Assembly (NCBI GenBank): GCA_020053105.1
Contig: JAGVNU010000076.1
Span: 72,005-136,004, forward strand
Length of the DNA stretch: 64,000 nt
Direction of reading: 5' to 3'
Source: Thermodesulfovibrionia bacterium
GTDB lineage: Bacteria; Nitrospirota; Thermodesulfovibrionia; UBA6902
Shown: piece by piece, positions 54,729 through 63,808 of the stretch
How the letters are laid out: each line of letters starts with the position of its first letter
Numbering within the stretch: the first letter of the stretch is position 1
Translations under genes and position numbers: made by a program
Notes under the pieces: generated by a model
What the model was told of the DNA's origin: nothing
Database searches by the model: none
Seen by the model: the letters and a program-made list of their open reading frames with translations, nothing else

Positions 54729-55466
54729 TCAGGAGGCCTTTCTCTGGTATCTCCCCAAAGGATGCTCTTTAAGGACTTCCGAATCCCTTCCATTATTCAG
54801 CAGTTCTATCATTCTGGTCAGCGCCTCCTGCTGAAAGGCATAGATGTTTTCAACAGGAATTTCATAGGGGAACCTGTTGTCGATAAAATTGGATAATGGG
54901 GTATAGTTGGGAAGCCTTGATAACACGAGAATTCCATTGAATATTCTCTTGTTTGTCTTAAAAGAGAAAAAGAGGCTTTGGAGTCTTTTCTCAAGAAAGA
55001 TATCGTTTTTCTTCTGCATCGCCTTGTCAAGCCGCTTCATGATTCTTCTGTATTTCTTATCTATAATGCTGTCGGATTTTATCTCAAGGATTGAATGAAT
55101 GAAAGGAATTCTCGACCTTACCATATTATGCGCGACAGTGTCAGCACAAAGGTGCATCAGGTAGCCGTAGGCAAAGGCCTTCTGTCTGTCAGTTCTGGCG
55201 GACCCGAACAATTTCCAGGCAATGTCCCAGCTGTGGGAGTTTGTCTCAAATGCCTGGAACCGCCTGCCGAGAATGATATCAGCGCTCACATTCCCGTAGA
55301 GGAAATCACTTTTATACTTCTTTATAATCGAGTATATTCCGGCAGGTATAAGGGCCGCTCCGAAGTCAATGACCTGATAGCCCAGGTAGATATGTGTGAG
55401 AGGTCCCCATGCGTCCGCAATTGATGGGATAAGCAGCATCGAAAATAACCACATCAAAATCATCAT
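54729..55466 (-). CDS. Zinc-dependent phospholipase C-like family protein (hypothetical)
   Basis: Signal-like N-terminus followed by WGPLTH, plus His/Asp-containing blocks (YGNVSADI, MHLCADTVAHN) reminiscent of the PLC zinc-binding family. Pattern-level call only. Confidence 0.45.
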   Translation of the reverse strand: MMILMWLFSMLLIPSIADAWGPLTHIYLGYQVIDFGAALIPAGIYSIIKKYKSDFLYGNVSADIILGRRFQAFETNSHSWDIAWKLFGSARTDRQKAFAYGYLMHLCADTVAHNMVRSRIPFIHSILEIKSDSIIDKKYRRIMKRLDKAMQKKNDIFLEKRLQSLFFSFKTNKRIFNGILVLSRLPNYTPLSNFIDNRFPYEIPVENIYAFQQEALTRMIELLNNGRDSEVLKEHPLGRYQRKAS

Positions 55467-55558
55467 AATCTTTAATAGTCTATTCTATTTATACAGATAA
55501 AATCTATAGCAAAAATCACATTCAATAATAAGCGGTTATGCATCTCAAAACACCTCAT

Positions 55559-55598
55559 AAAAAAAGGGGAGCGGAGACTATATCTCTACTCCCCTTGA
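55559..55598 (-). terminator. Rho-independent terminator downstream of hao
   Basis: The minus-strand RNA would form AAGGGGAG...CUCCCCUU followed by a run of 7 U. Confidence 0.75.
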
Positions 55599-55617
55599 AG
55601 CAATCCTGATTAATTGT

Positions 55618-57081
55618 CTACTTGTAACGGTCCAGGAACTCCTTGCGGCGTTTGTCACGTTCTGCCTTGGCCACCGGGTCTTCTTTTCCGATAGACCATT
55701 TGTGGTTTTCATCATTCGTTACTTCTGCGAGCATTTTCTCCAGTTCGCCTGCAAGCTTCTTTGCATCGCTGTTTTCGCTCTTCATACCCATTTCAATGAC
55801 TTCTTTGAGCTCAGGCACATATGAGCCATACCAGTTTCTGGCCAGATCATAGTTGCCGTGCCACTGTGTATAATCAGGGGCCTGCATTGAAGCTGCGTGA
55901 CGGACGCGGCGGCCTTCATGGTGCCACAGCTCGAACCACGTATAGTCGATCTTCTGGGCGAAATCGGCATACTCCTTACCTTTCACCGTCTTCAATACCT
56001 CTGTCGCCTTTTTGAAAAGTTTTTCTCCGGGCTTGGCCCATTTTTCGCTGTACAATGTGAGCTGAGCTTCATACTGTGTATAGAACGAATCCACAAAATT
56101 CTGGTTATGACAGGCTACACACACCTTCTGCATATTATTCTTACGCATGTCTCCGGTAACAGCGCCTGACGCCAGGCCCCATTTTACGTCTGATTCATGA
56201 GCAAGCTTTAACTGCGGAGGACGGTTATTCCATTTGATACGCAAACCTATATTATGAGAGACCGGCATATCACTTGTGGCCGACATATGGCACGTTGCGC
56301 AGGTAGGAGCGTCAAAATAGTCTTCACCAACGACCCACTTGGATGAGTCCAGGTTCATCTTGTCCTTGTTAGCGTAATAATTGATTCCATGTTTGGATTC
56401 CTGATAAATCTCGATCTGAGGATGGTCGGGTCCCATATGGCATCTGCCGCAGTTCTCTGGCTGACGCGCCTGGGCAACCGAGAATTCATGGCGCTGATGA
56501 CATGCCGTACAACTGCCCTCCGTGCCGTCAGGATTTACTCTTCCCATTCCTGTATTAGGCCAGGTTGCAGGGTCAAGAGTTCCATCATTGTTGACCTTTA
56601 CAATAGAGCCGTGGCATTGCCAGCAGCCGTTGACGGCAGCGGCGGAAACCCCTTCAGGGAACCCTTCTGTCTTCATGCCCTTGTTGCCTTCAACAACTTC
56701 GGCAAGGGTGTTGTCCAGCGATCCCATGATCCTCCCGGCCTTCGCATGGTGGGAATTTACAAATTCATCAACCTCTTTTTCATGACATTTCGCGCAGTCT
56801 TTCGGCGACACGATTATTGCAATGAACTTGCCTTCGTGTTCAAAAGCATCCGGCTCGCCTTTCTGAGCTTCATGGCATTCATAGCAGCCGATGTTTGCGC
56901 GAAAGTGTTTACTGTAGCCCCACTGCTGATAGATATTGACCGATGACTCCTTGTGGCAGCTTATGCAATCCCTGCTCTCTTTTGAGAGATCCTTCGGGAG
57001 ATTGACTTTTGTTATGGCAAACACGCTGGTACCGAGTGCCAGGATACAGGCTGTTATTGCCAGCGATATAATTTTTTTCAT
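55618..57081 (-). CDS. hao: Octaheme c-type cytochrome, hydroxylamine-oxidoreductase (HAO) family
   Basis: Signal peptide and eight CxxCH motifs (CISCH, CYECH, CAKCH, CWQCH, CTACH, CGRCH, CATCH, CVACH). Also the HAO-type block WHHEGRRVRHAASMQAPDYTQWHG. Strong AAGGAGGA SD. Confidence 0.85.
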   Translation of the reverse strand: MKKIISLAITACILALGTSVFAITKVNLPKDLSKESRDCISCHKESSVNIYQQWGYSKHFRANIGCYECHEAQKGEPDAFEHEGKFIAIIVSPKDCAKCHEKEVDEFVNSHHAKAGRIMGSLDNTLAEVVEGNKGMKTEGFPEGVSAAAVNGCWQCHGSIVKVNNDGTLDPATWPNTGMGRVNPDGTEGSCTACHQRHEFSVAQARQPENCGRCHMGPDHPQIEIYQESKHGINYYANKDKMNLDSSKWVVGEDYFDAPTCATCHMSATSDMPVSHNIGLRIKWNNRPPQLKLAHESDVKWGLASGAVTGDMRKNNMQKVCVACHNQNFVDSFYTQYEAQLTLYSEKWAKPGEKLFKKATEVLKTVKGKEYADFAQKIDYTWFELWHHEGRRVRHAASMQAPDYTQWHGNYDLARNWYGSYVPELKEVIEMGMKSENSDAKKLAGELEKMLAEVTNDENHKWSIGKEDPVAKAERDKRRKEFLDRYK

Positions 57082-57236
57082 TTCTTCCTCCTTATAGGAA
57101 TTTCAGACAGATTTTCTCTTCCTTATGGTAAATTTTCAGGGTTTTACAACATCCATCACCTCCTCTCTCAACTGATTTACTCGTCACGATCTTCCCTTTC
57201 ACGGCTTGCTCTGAGTTTCGGCTTCATAGACAAAAA

Positions 57237-57291
57237 GTAACAGGTTTCTTTGTAAATGTGCTGTTAATATCTGTTAAGAAAAAGTAAATTT
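57237..57291 (-). promoter_or_regulatory. 55-nt regulatory module, copy A: four phased TT(T/A)AC direct repeats
   Basis: In minus-strand sense, TTTAC, TTAAC, TTAAC and TTTAC start 11, 10 and 11 nt apart. They lie 171-207 nt upstream of the hao ATG. 49 of 55 nt are identical to 63946-64000 on the plus strand. Confidence 0.6.
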
Positions 57292-57372
57292 CAGAATGGG
57301 CCACGAATCAGTAACAGGCGGTCAGCGTCATGGAAAAACTGGGAAGCAATGATGATAACTGATCGAATCCGG

Positions 57373-57801
57373 TTATTGGAGGACTGTTTTGCGGACAGGG
57401 ACTTTGTCACTGACGCTGTCCTTTTCCCTGATGTTGAAAGCAGTATATATATAATTTCGAAGGATGTGTAAATCAAACGGCTTAAAGATGAAACCATAAG
57501 CCCCAAAGGAAGTGGCTTTCTGCATGTTCTCCTTGGAAGCATAGGATGTAAGCATTATGACGATGATATCGGGGTGCCCCTTTTTAATTTTTTCAAGCGC
57601 CTCGATCCCGTTCATCCCCGGCATATTTATATCAAGAATAACCAGATCGACTTTGCGTACAGAAAGATATTGGATTGCTCTTAACGCACTGTTCGCTGTA
57701 GCCACGTCATACATAGCTTCCAGAGCTATCTTTACCACTGCGCTCACCGACAGATCATCATCAACTATGAGAATCTTGCGCCTGCTCAAACGCACCTCCA
57801 T
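57373..57801 (-). CDS. Single-domain CheY-like response regulator
   Basis: The receiver fold alone is visible (ILIVDDD...LDINMPGMNG...KP), in 142 aa. Confidence 0.8.
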   Translation of the reverse strand: MEVRLSRRKILIVDDDLSVSAVVKIALEAMYDVATANSALRAIQYLSVRKVDLVILDINMPGMNGIEALEKIKKGHPDIIVIMLTSYASKENMQKATSFGAYGFIFKPFDLHILRNYIYTAFNIREKDSVSDKVPVRKTVLQ

Positions 57802-57985
57802 AGAGAATATTTATAAAATTCAGAAGAGTGAGGATTAAACCCGTGTCCCAATTGTGTATATATTAAGTTTAAATATCTCACATGTCACCTATTAATTCTT
57901 ACAGGTAGCCAATTGATGTGAAGGACAAATCGATGAGTAACTTATATGAAAAGTTGGCTGCTGGCGACTACCTTAAAGAAATGGA

Positions 57986-58669
57986 TCACTCGATGAACCT
58001 GTACCCGGCTCCAGGTACGGTTATAATGTATTTGGGGGCAGAAGGGTCTTTTTCTATCTTTTGCCTGAGGTGCTGAATATGAACATCAATGACCCTGCTC
58101 CAGGAGTAGATCTTTGAATCCTTCCAGATGTTCTTCCTGATCTGGTCCCTGCTCACCGCTTCGCCGCGATGATTTAAGAAGAAACACAGCAGATCGTATT
58201 CCTTCGGGGTAAGGTCGATTTTTTTACCGGACAGGCTTACGAGATGTTTTTTGAAATCCACTTTCAGACTCCCTATCACAATCTTTTCCTCCGTCTGAGC
58301 GGGCATCGTCCTGCGCAGGCACGCCTTGATCCTTGCCACCAGCTCAAGCGTCTCAAAGGGCTTTACCACGTAATCATCCGCGCCGCTTTCAAGTCCGAAT
58401 ACCTTGTCAGAGACCTTGTCCCTGGCTGTCAGCATTATGATGGGCATTTCAGGGAAGTCCTTTCTCAGATCACGGCATATCTCCATGCCGTCTCCGTCAG
58501 GAAGCATAACATCCAGGATGATAAGGTCAGGGGTCCGGGCCGACAGCCTCTCCTGTGCCCCTTCCCAGTTTTCCGCTGTATCAACCGCATAGCCGTAAAG
58601 TTCGAGATTGGCCTTGACAACCTTCAATATGTCTTTGTCATCATCTACGGCAAGTATCCTGTTATTCAT
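57986..58669 (-). CDS. OmpR/PhoB-family response regulator (REC + winged-helix)
   Basis: The REC domain reads ILAVDDD...LDVMLPDGDG...KPF. The C-terminal winged helix reads LTPKEYDLLCFFLNHRGEAVSRDQI...VDVHIQHLRQKIE...I.TVPGAGYRF. Confidence 0.9.
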   Translation of the reverse strand: MNNRILAVDDDKDILKVVKANLELYGYAVDTAENWEGAQERLSARTPDLIILDVMLPDGDGMEICRDLRKDFPEMPIIMLTARDKVSDKVFGLESGADDYVVKPFETLELVARIKACLRRTMPAQTEEKIVIGSLKVDFKKHLVSLSGKKIDLTPKEYDLLCFFLNHRGEAVSRDQIRKNIWKDSKIYSWSRVIDVHIQHLRQKIEKDPSAPKYIITVPGAGYRFIE

Positions 58670-60315
58670 TTAATACTTTCCCCTCTTTTAGGAAGCGTAA
58701 AATAGATTGTGTTCTTTCCCTCCAGCGTTTTGCTCAAGACACCTATCGCCCCGCCGTGGGCTTCGACTATGGCTTTACATATGGCAAGTCCAAGGCCGGT
58801 ACCGTGCCTTTTACCTATTGTATAAAACTTGTCAAAGATTTTCTCCCGGAGTTCATCGGGTATTCCGGGGCCTTCATCCTGAACAGAAACCGTCAGCTTC
58901 TCTTCCGTCTCTGTAACAGCTATCTGAATTTCCGAATCAGCCGGTCCATATGTGAGCGCGTTAGAGACCAGGTTGATCAAAACCTGTCTGGTCCTGTCTT
59001 CATCGGCGTCAACAAAAGTCCCGGGATTTGCCATAATCTTAAAGGTAATATTTTTTTCACCGGAAGTTGACTGAAAGCTTATTGCCACGTCTTTAATAAG
59101 AGACAAAAGATCTATCTGGCTGAAGTGAAGATCAAACATCCCGGATTCAATGCGCTCCAGGTCAATAGTATCATTAACAAGACGGATGAGCCTGTCGGCG
59201 TTATTTTTGATGACATCCAGAAATTCTGTAACTTCCCCTGTGTCCCTGCCGTCCCTGGATAATTTGACAGATATATAATCCATAGCCCCTTTGATTGAGG
59301 TCATCGGGGTCCTTAATTCGTGGGACATCTTCGCGATAAAGTCGGATTTCTTTTCGTTCAGCTCCATGAGTTTCATGTTCGCCTCTTCAAGCCCCCTCGT
59401 GGCCTTCTGCACCTTGTTTTCAAGGTCCTTGTGGTATTCAGCGAGCGCCTGAGACATTTCAACAAATGAGTTACTCAGGTCCTCCAGTTCATCGCCGGTG
59501 CTTACCGTTGAAGTTTGAGACTTCCGGCCTTTTGAAACATCTCCAATGGAGGTCTTCAACTCATTTACCGGACGGACCACAAGCTCCTTCATCATGATAA
59601 AAAGCACGATCATCAGCACTCCGATAGTCACGCTGCTTGAGATAAGCAGGTCTCTCCTGCCGGAGTTTATCATTACCAATGCAGAATCCATCGGTACAGT
59701 TACGCTTATGGCGCCCCTGACATCGCCAGTCCTGTAACCCTGATGGGAGTGGCATTTGAGGCATGTCTCTTCGACATAGAGCGGTGCGATATAACGATAG
59801 AAATAAGATGAATTGACCTTTTCCACCTTGGCAGATTCCTTTGTCCCTTTGGTCTCAAATTCATTGAGGGCAGTCCTTTCAAACTCATCCGGGGCATTCT
59901 CCGGATTTATCAGCTTGAGGCTTGTAATATGAAACCAGTACAGGCCTTTTTCCCTGGCATACCTTGAAAGTTCCTTTGTTACCATGGCAGGGCTTTGCCT
60001 GACATATTTTTTCCCGTGAGAGTCCACGATTTCCGGTTCCGCGAGATAGGGACTTGGCTCTTTCCACGGCACCCTTTCCACGAACACTCCCCCGTGATCG
60101 GATATCCATTTTCTCGTCAGGACAACCTGCCTGAAAAGTGCCCGCGCCTGCTGGTCGAGCTGCTCTATAACGAGTTTCTTATGATTTATGTTTATGAAAT
60201 AAATCGATATCCCGGTCGTAATGGCCAGTACAACGGCTACGCCGATTACAAATTTGAGACTGAGGCTGATCTTTAGCGCCCTGAACTGTCTTAATAAGTT
60301 CTTTAGAGTGTGCAT
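58666..60315 (-). CDS. Sensor histidine kinase with periplasmic/extracytoplasmic DUF3365-type domain carrying a CxxCH heme-c motif
   Basis: TM, then a domain ending YRYIAPLYVEETCLKCHSHQGYRTGDVRGAISV, then TM, HAMP, H-box (SHELRTPMTSI) and HATPase (N, G1 and G2 boxes). 4-nt overlap with the downstream OmpR-type regulator. Confidence 0.85.
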   Translation of the reverse strand: MHTLKNLLRQFRALKISLSLKFVIGVAVVLAITTGISIYFININHKKLVIEQLDQQARALFRQVVLTRKWISDHGGVFVERVPWKEPSPYLAEPEIVDSHGKKYVRQSPAMVTKELSRYAREKGLYWFHITSLKLINPENAPDEFERTALNEFETKGTKESAKVEKVNSSYFYRYIAPLYVEETCLKCHSHQGYRTGDVRGAISVTVPMDSALVMINSGRRDLLISSSVTIGVLMIVLFIMMKELVVRPVNELKTSIGDVSKGRKSQTSTVSTGDELEDLSNSFVEMSQALAEYHKDLENKVQKATRGLEEANMKLMELNEKKSDFIAKMSHELRTPMTSIKGAMDYISVKLSRDGRDTGEVTEFLDVIKNNADRLIRLVNDTIDLERIESGMFDLHFSQIDLLSLIKDVAISFQSTSGEKNITFKIMANPGTFVDADEDRTRQVLINLVSNALTYGPADSEIQIAVTETEEKLTVSVQDEGPGIPDELREKIFDKFYTIGKRHGTGLGLAICKAIVEAHGGAIGVLSKTLEGKNTIYFTLPKRGESIK

Positions 60316-60433
60316 AAGGTAATTTCAGGAAATGAGCGCGTGACGTCATTCCTTTATAAGGATTGTAAAGTCTGCATAAGATCAAGTCAAATCGGGTCAC
60401 GTGATTTGGTGCAACGATAAGTTATGCGGTCTT

Positions 60434-61420
60434 CTATGGGGTTATCTCAACAATCGTGCCATTGGGCACTAACTTTTCAATTTCCTCTATTTCTTCGTCT
60501 GTGACGGCAATACAGCCTTTCGTCCAGTCAACCTCTGTATGAAAATTACCGGCCCACGAGAAACCATTCTTAATGCCGTGGATCATGATGTCTCCGCCCG
60601 GAGAAACACCAAGTTCTTTTGCCCGCTTTTTGTCTTTCTCGTTTGGATAGGAAATATGAAGAGACAGGTGATAACGGCTGTCCCTGTTTCTTGAATCGAT
60701 AATATAGGTCCCCTCCGGGGTTTTGTTATCGCCCTGCCTTTCTTTTGGACCATTCGGGTTTCCCCCCAAGGCTATGTTGTAGGTTTTGAGCGCCTTGTCC
60801 TTTGAGAGCAACGTTAATCGACGCTCTTTCTTTTCTATCAGAATCTTATCTGCCGGTCCCCTCTGGAGCGCAACAACCTCTTTTTGCAGTGTAATAATCT
60901 CATTCTCTTTACTATTGACCTCTTGTTTAAGCTCTTCAATCATTTTTTGCAGTGTAGCAATCTCATTCCCCCTGCTTTTGACCTCTTGCCGGAGAGTCTC
61001 AATCTGTGTTTGCTTCGTGCCAATCGTCTTATCTTTGAAGATGACATTATTGATCTGGAATATCATTATCTCACTATCTTTCCTGTACCCGCTCTCCGGG
61101 TAATCCTTTATGAGTTTCTGAAAACATTCCAGAGATTTCTGATAATCTTTTTGCTCATTCCCGGTATACGCATAAATAATACCCATCTCGAAAAGGACCC
61201 TGTCTCCAGCCGTGGGATATTTTTCAATTACCTGCTGATATTTACTCAGGGAGGCCTCGTAGCTTCCCTGGGTGAAAAGATCATTCGCTTCTTTGAAGGT
61301 TGACCTGGCCTGAGATCTCTCATTAAAGTGACTGCATCCGAATATTAGAATTGGCGCTATTATGATAAGGACAAAGAACAAGTTTAGATGCTCACCTATC
61401 CTGCTTTGCTTTTTACCCAT
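60434..61420 (-). CDS. L,D-transpeptidase (YkuD) lipoprotein with N-terminal TPR and coiled-coil repeat
   Basis: The start is set at the ATG at 61420, because the upstream part of the track ORF runs through a terminator hairpin. Signal peptide with lipobox-like LIFGC. Tandem coiled-coil repeat (LRQEVKSRGNEIATLQK / LKQEVNSKENEIITLQK). YkuD catalytic region IMIHG...WTKGCIAV. Confidence 0.75.
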   Translation of the reverse strand: MGKKQSRIGEHLNLFFVLIIIAPILIFGCSHFNERSQARSTFKEANDLFTQGSYEASLSKYQQVIEKYPTAGDRVLFEMGIIYAYTGNEQKDYQKSLECFQKLIKDYPESGYRKDSEIMIFQINNVIFKDKTIGTKQTQIETLRQEVKSRGNEIATLQKMIEELKQEVNSKENEIITLQKEVVALQRGPADKILIEKKERRLTLLSKDKALKTYNIALGGNPNGPKERQGDNKTPEGTYIIDSRNRDSRYHLSLHISYPNEKDKKRAKELGVSPGGDIMIHGIKNGFSWAGNFHTEVDWTKGCIAVTDEEIEEIEKLVPNGTIVEITP

Positions 61421-61450
61421 ATATCCCTTCGTGTTCGTTAATACATAAGA

Positions 61451-61500
61451 GTGTAGGGGCAATTCATGCCTGTGCCCTTCAGGGTAAATTGCCCCTACAC
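61451..61500 (-). terminator. Perfect 14-bp-stem hairpin downstream of the Lpp-like gene
   Basis: GTGTAGGGGCAATT-22 nt-AATTGCCCCTACAC, followed on the minus strand by a U-rich UCUUAUGUAUU. Confidence 0.6.
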
Positions 61501-61515
61501 TCCCACAAAATCGAC

Positions 61516-61881
61516 TTACTTCTTCATTGATTTCCGGAAAATCTCGTCAGCCTGCTTCGTCTTTTCATCTGCAATCATCGACTTTTCCTCTGCCAGTTTC
61601 TCCCTTTCCTCTGCGAGCTTCATCTTTTCTGCTGCCAGCTTCTCCCTTTCCTCTGCCATCTTGATAGCATCTTCGGCGCGGGTCACGGCAGCCTCTGCCT
61701 TTAACGCGGCCGCATCCGCTGCCGCCTTGGCAGCCTGCGCATCCTGCGCTGCCTGATCAGCTTTCGCACCAGTCAGCATTTGCTGAGACTGGACTTTCTC
61801 AAGGTCACCTGTTGTTGCGCAACCCACCAAAGCAATGGCAAGAACAATCATCATTGAAATCATCAAAAGATTCTTCTTCAT
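61516..61881 (-). CDS. Ala-rich coiled-coil lipoprotein ending in Lys (Braun-lipoprotein-like)
   Basis: Signal peptide with lipobox LVGC and a very strong SD (AGGAGGTGA). The mature approx 100 aa is Ala/Glu/Lys coiled coil with the repeat AEEREKLA(A/E)EK. The C-terminus is ...RKSMKK. Confidence 0.6.
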   Translation of the reverse strand: MKKNLLMISMMIVLAIALVGCATTGDLEKVQSQQMLTGAKADQAAQDAQAAKAAADAAALKAEAAVTRAEDAIKMAEEREKLAAEKMKLAEEREKLAEEKSMIADEKTKQADEIFRKSMKK

Positions 61882-61992
61882 CGTCTAATCACCTCCTTCT
61901 ATGAAAAATTATTGCAAGATATTTCTCCCTGCGCTTAAACCAGGAATCCTGGTATTTTTTGTGATTCTTTAAACCATCATTCTATCGTGCCT

Positions 61993-63630
61993 CTAATATC
62001 GATAGATAACGGATTTGATGCCGTATTTTTGGAGAATCAGTTTGGATTCCTCCGAAGCCTTCTTACTCGTGTCGAACCTGCCTATCAGGACAAGGTGGAG
62101 CGGCCTTTTTCCGTATTTGCGGACCGATGTCCCATATCCCTTCAGCTTCAGTTTCTCTGAAAGGGAAAGCGCGTTCTTTTCCTCGGCAAATGCCCCTATC
62201 TGGAGAGCATAGCCCCCTGGATTTCCTGAGCCGCCTGTCTTTGCAATGTCGGCGACAAGTGGTTCCTCCTTCACTGCTCCAGCGGCAGGAGGCTTTGCGG
62301 CCGCTCTTTCAATCAACATACCATCTATTTCCAAATCAATTTTCAGGCGTTTGATTGCATCTTTGGCCTCTCTGATATCATTGAAAGGACCAGCGATAAC
62401 ACGGTAGCTGTTGTTCTTTGATAACACCCTTGCCGGAATTTGCGGCCCCTGGTGGTTGATAATGGCAGCAAGTCTCACAGCTTCAATCTCGTCACTCACG
62501 TCAGCAGCCAAAACAGACCACGCATCTGTTTTCAGTTCCGGTATCTCCGGTCTGCCATATAATTCACCAGGGTGCTTGAGTTCTACGGGGCCAGCAACCC
62601 CTACTCCGCTTCCTTGCCTGATCTCGAATATGGGGACAGGAATCCCCCGGGCCTCGGCCAATACTTTCTTGACTTTGCTCCAGTCAAGCGTGCGCCCCGA
62701 TTCCTTTTCAATATTTCTCAATTTCGCATATATCTTATCAAACTCAACAGCGTCCAGGTCTTCCGGGGATGCATGGACTTCCAAGTAAACTACTCCGTTA
62801 CTTTGACCTGTGAGATATGGCTGATTGACGATGTATACAGGTGTTTTTGCCGGGGTGTTCTCATAGAGTTTTTTCACGGCTTCCGGATAGAGTCTTATGC
62901 AGCCGTTGGTCGCTCTAAGACCAATGCTTGCCGGTTTATTAGTGCCATGGATCAAATAACTCGACTTACTTAAATATAGCGCGTATTCTCCCAGGGGATT
63001 GAGGGGGCCGGGCAGAACTTTAGCTGGAAGAGGGTCCCCTTTTTTTCGATGGTCCTCAGCAATTGAGGCAGGCACATGCCAGGTCGGACGGACTACCTTG
63101 CGTTCCACATACATTTGACCTGTGGGCGAGGGTCGCTCTTCGGTACCGACACCGACCGGGTAGGTCAACACCGCCAGTGACTCACTATCTCCTTTAAATT
63201 GAAAAAGCCTCATTGCGGCCAGGTTGATCACGATGCCTTTTCTGGGAGCATCCGGCAGTATAAAACTCAGAGGCAGCATGATACGTTCTCCGGCCTTAGG
63301 CGCCCATACATCTACCCCTGGATTAGCTGCACTGACTCCATTGATTCCCAGGCTGAAGTGCCTTGCAATATCCGGCAGAGTGTCCCCCTTTTCAAGACTC
63401 ATGAAGGCCAGCCGGCCAATGACATCATCTCCTTTTGCAACTGAAAACTCATTTCGTTCGATATATTCTTCCAGATGTCTTGGAATGGGCTGGGATTCCT
63501 TTGGAACGGGCCGGGATTCCTCATGAACTCCTTTCGTTGTAGCACATCCATGGAGAGATAAGATACCGATAAAAAAAACTATAAGACGAAGCCTGTTGGA
63601 TAAGGGTGACAGCTCAATGATTCGGCACAT
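61993..63630 (-). CDS. L,D-transpeptidase with LysM, YkuD and C-terminal SPOR-like domains
   Basis: The LysM-like segment is KGDTLPDIARHFSLGINGVSAANPGV. The YkuD catalytic region is YLIHGTNKPASIGLRATNGCIRL. The C-terminal region reads YALQIGAFAEEKNALSLSEKLKLKGY... and looks like a SPOR repeat. Confidence 0.8.
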   Translation of the reverse strand: MCRIIELSPLSNRLRLIVFFIGILSLHGCATTKGVHEESRPVPKESQPIPRHLEEYIERNEFSVAKGDDVIGRLAFMSLEKGDTLPDIARHFSLGINGVSAANPGVDVWAPKAGERIMLPLSFILPDAPRKGIVINLAAMRLFQFKGDSESLAVLTYPVGVGTEERPSPTGQMYVERKVVRPTWHVPASIAEDHRKKGDPLPAKVLPGPLNPLGEYALYLSKSSYLIHGTNKPASIGLRATNGCIRLYPEAVKKLYENTPAKTPVYIVNQPYLTGQSNGVVYLEVHASPEDLDAVEFDKIYAKLRNIEKESGRTLDWSKVKKVLAEARGIPVPIFEIRQGSGVGVAGPVELKHPGELYGRPEIPELKTDAWSVLAADVSDEIEAVRLAAIINHQGPQIPARVLSKNNSYRVIAGPFNDIREAKDAIKRLKIDLEIDGMLIERAAAKPPAAGAVKEEPLVADIAKTGGSGNPGGYALQIGAFAEEKNALSLSEKLKLKGYGTSVRKYGKRPLHLVLIGRFDTSKKASEESKLILQKYGIKSVIYRY

Positions 63631-63707
63631 GGGTCAAACAAGGTCCTTTCTTTAATGAAGAAAATTTAATAAACCATTATTCATTAAAGCACTGGATCGT
63701 ATTTATA

Positions 63708-63723
63708 TGCAAAAGTAATGCCT
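63708..63723 (-). promoter_or_regulatory. Sigma-54 (-24/-12) promoter candidate
   Basis: The minus strand reads AGGCATTACTTTTGCA with exact GG-N10-GC spacing (-24 is AGGCA rather than TGGCA). It lies about 78 nt upstream of the ATG at 63630. Confidence 0.45.
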
Positions 63724-63808
63724 CAAAGTATAAAGCCGTAATAACCTCTTTAATATTAAGAATGTCCTATTCTAACAACATTATTTAATTTTTGGGAGGA
63801 ACACAGGA

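Noticed and set aside
57136-57156. Mini-ORF (MDVVKP) with an adjacent GGAGGTG in the hao 5' region, considered as a possible leader peptide.
   Set aside because: SD-to-ATG spacing is only 2 nt. An alternative 2-codon ORF is equally arbitrary. There is no pairing alternative suggesting attenuation, so the evidence is insufficient.
60341-60404. Two 8-bp ACGT-core palindromes, TGACGTCA (60341-60348) and TCACGTGA (60397-60404), upstream of the sensor kinase gene.
   Set aside because: Short palindromes of this size occur by chance in 64 kb. No repeat of the pair was seen elsewhere in the window. Noted only as a possible operator.
61466-61756. 96-aa Ala/Ser-rich plus-strand ORF.
   Set aside because: It is the antisense shadow of the Ala-rich coiled-coil lipoprotein gene. 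It starts inside the terminator hairpin and has no SD.
61912-61929. Sigma-54-like GGGAGAAATATCTTGCA upstream of the lpp-like gene (minus strand), and a similar GGCATTTCCTTGCA at about 52014-52031.
   Set aside because: The GG-to-GC spacing is off by one in both (N11 and N9 instead of N10). The second has no downstream gene on that strand.
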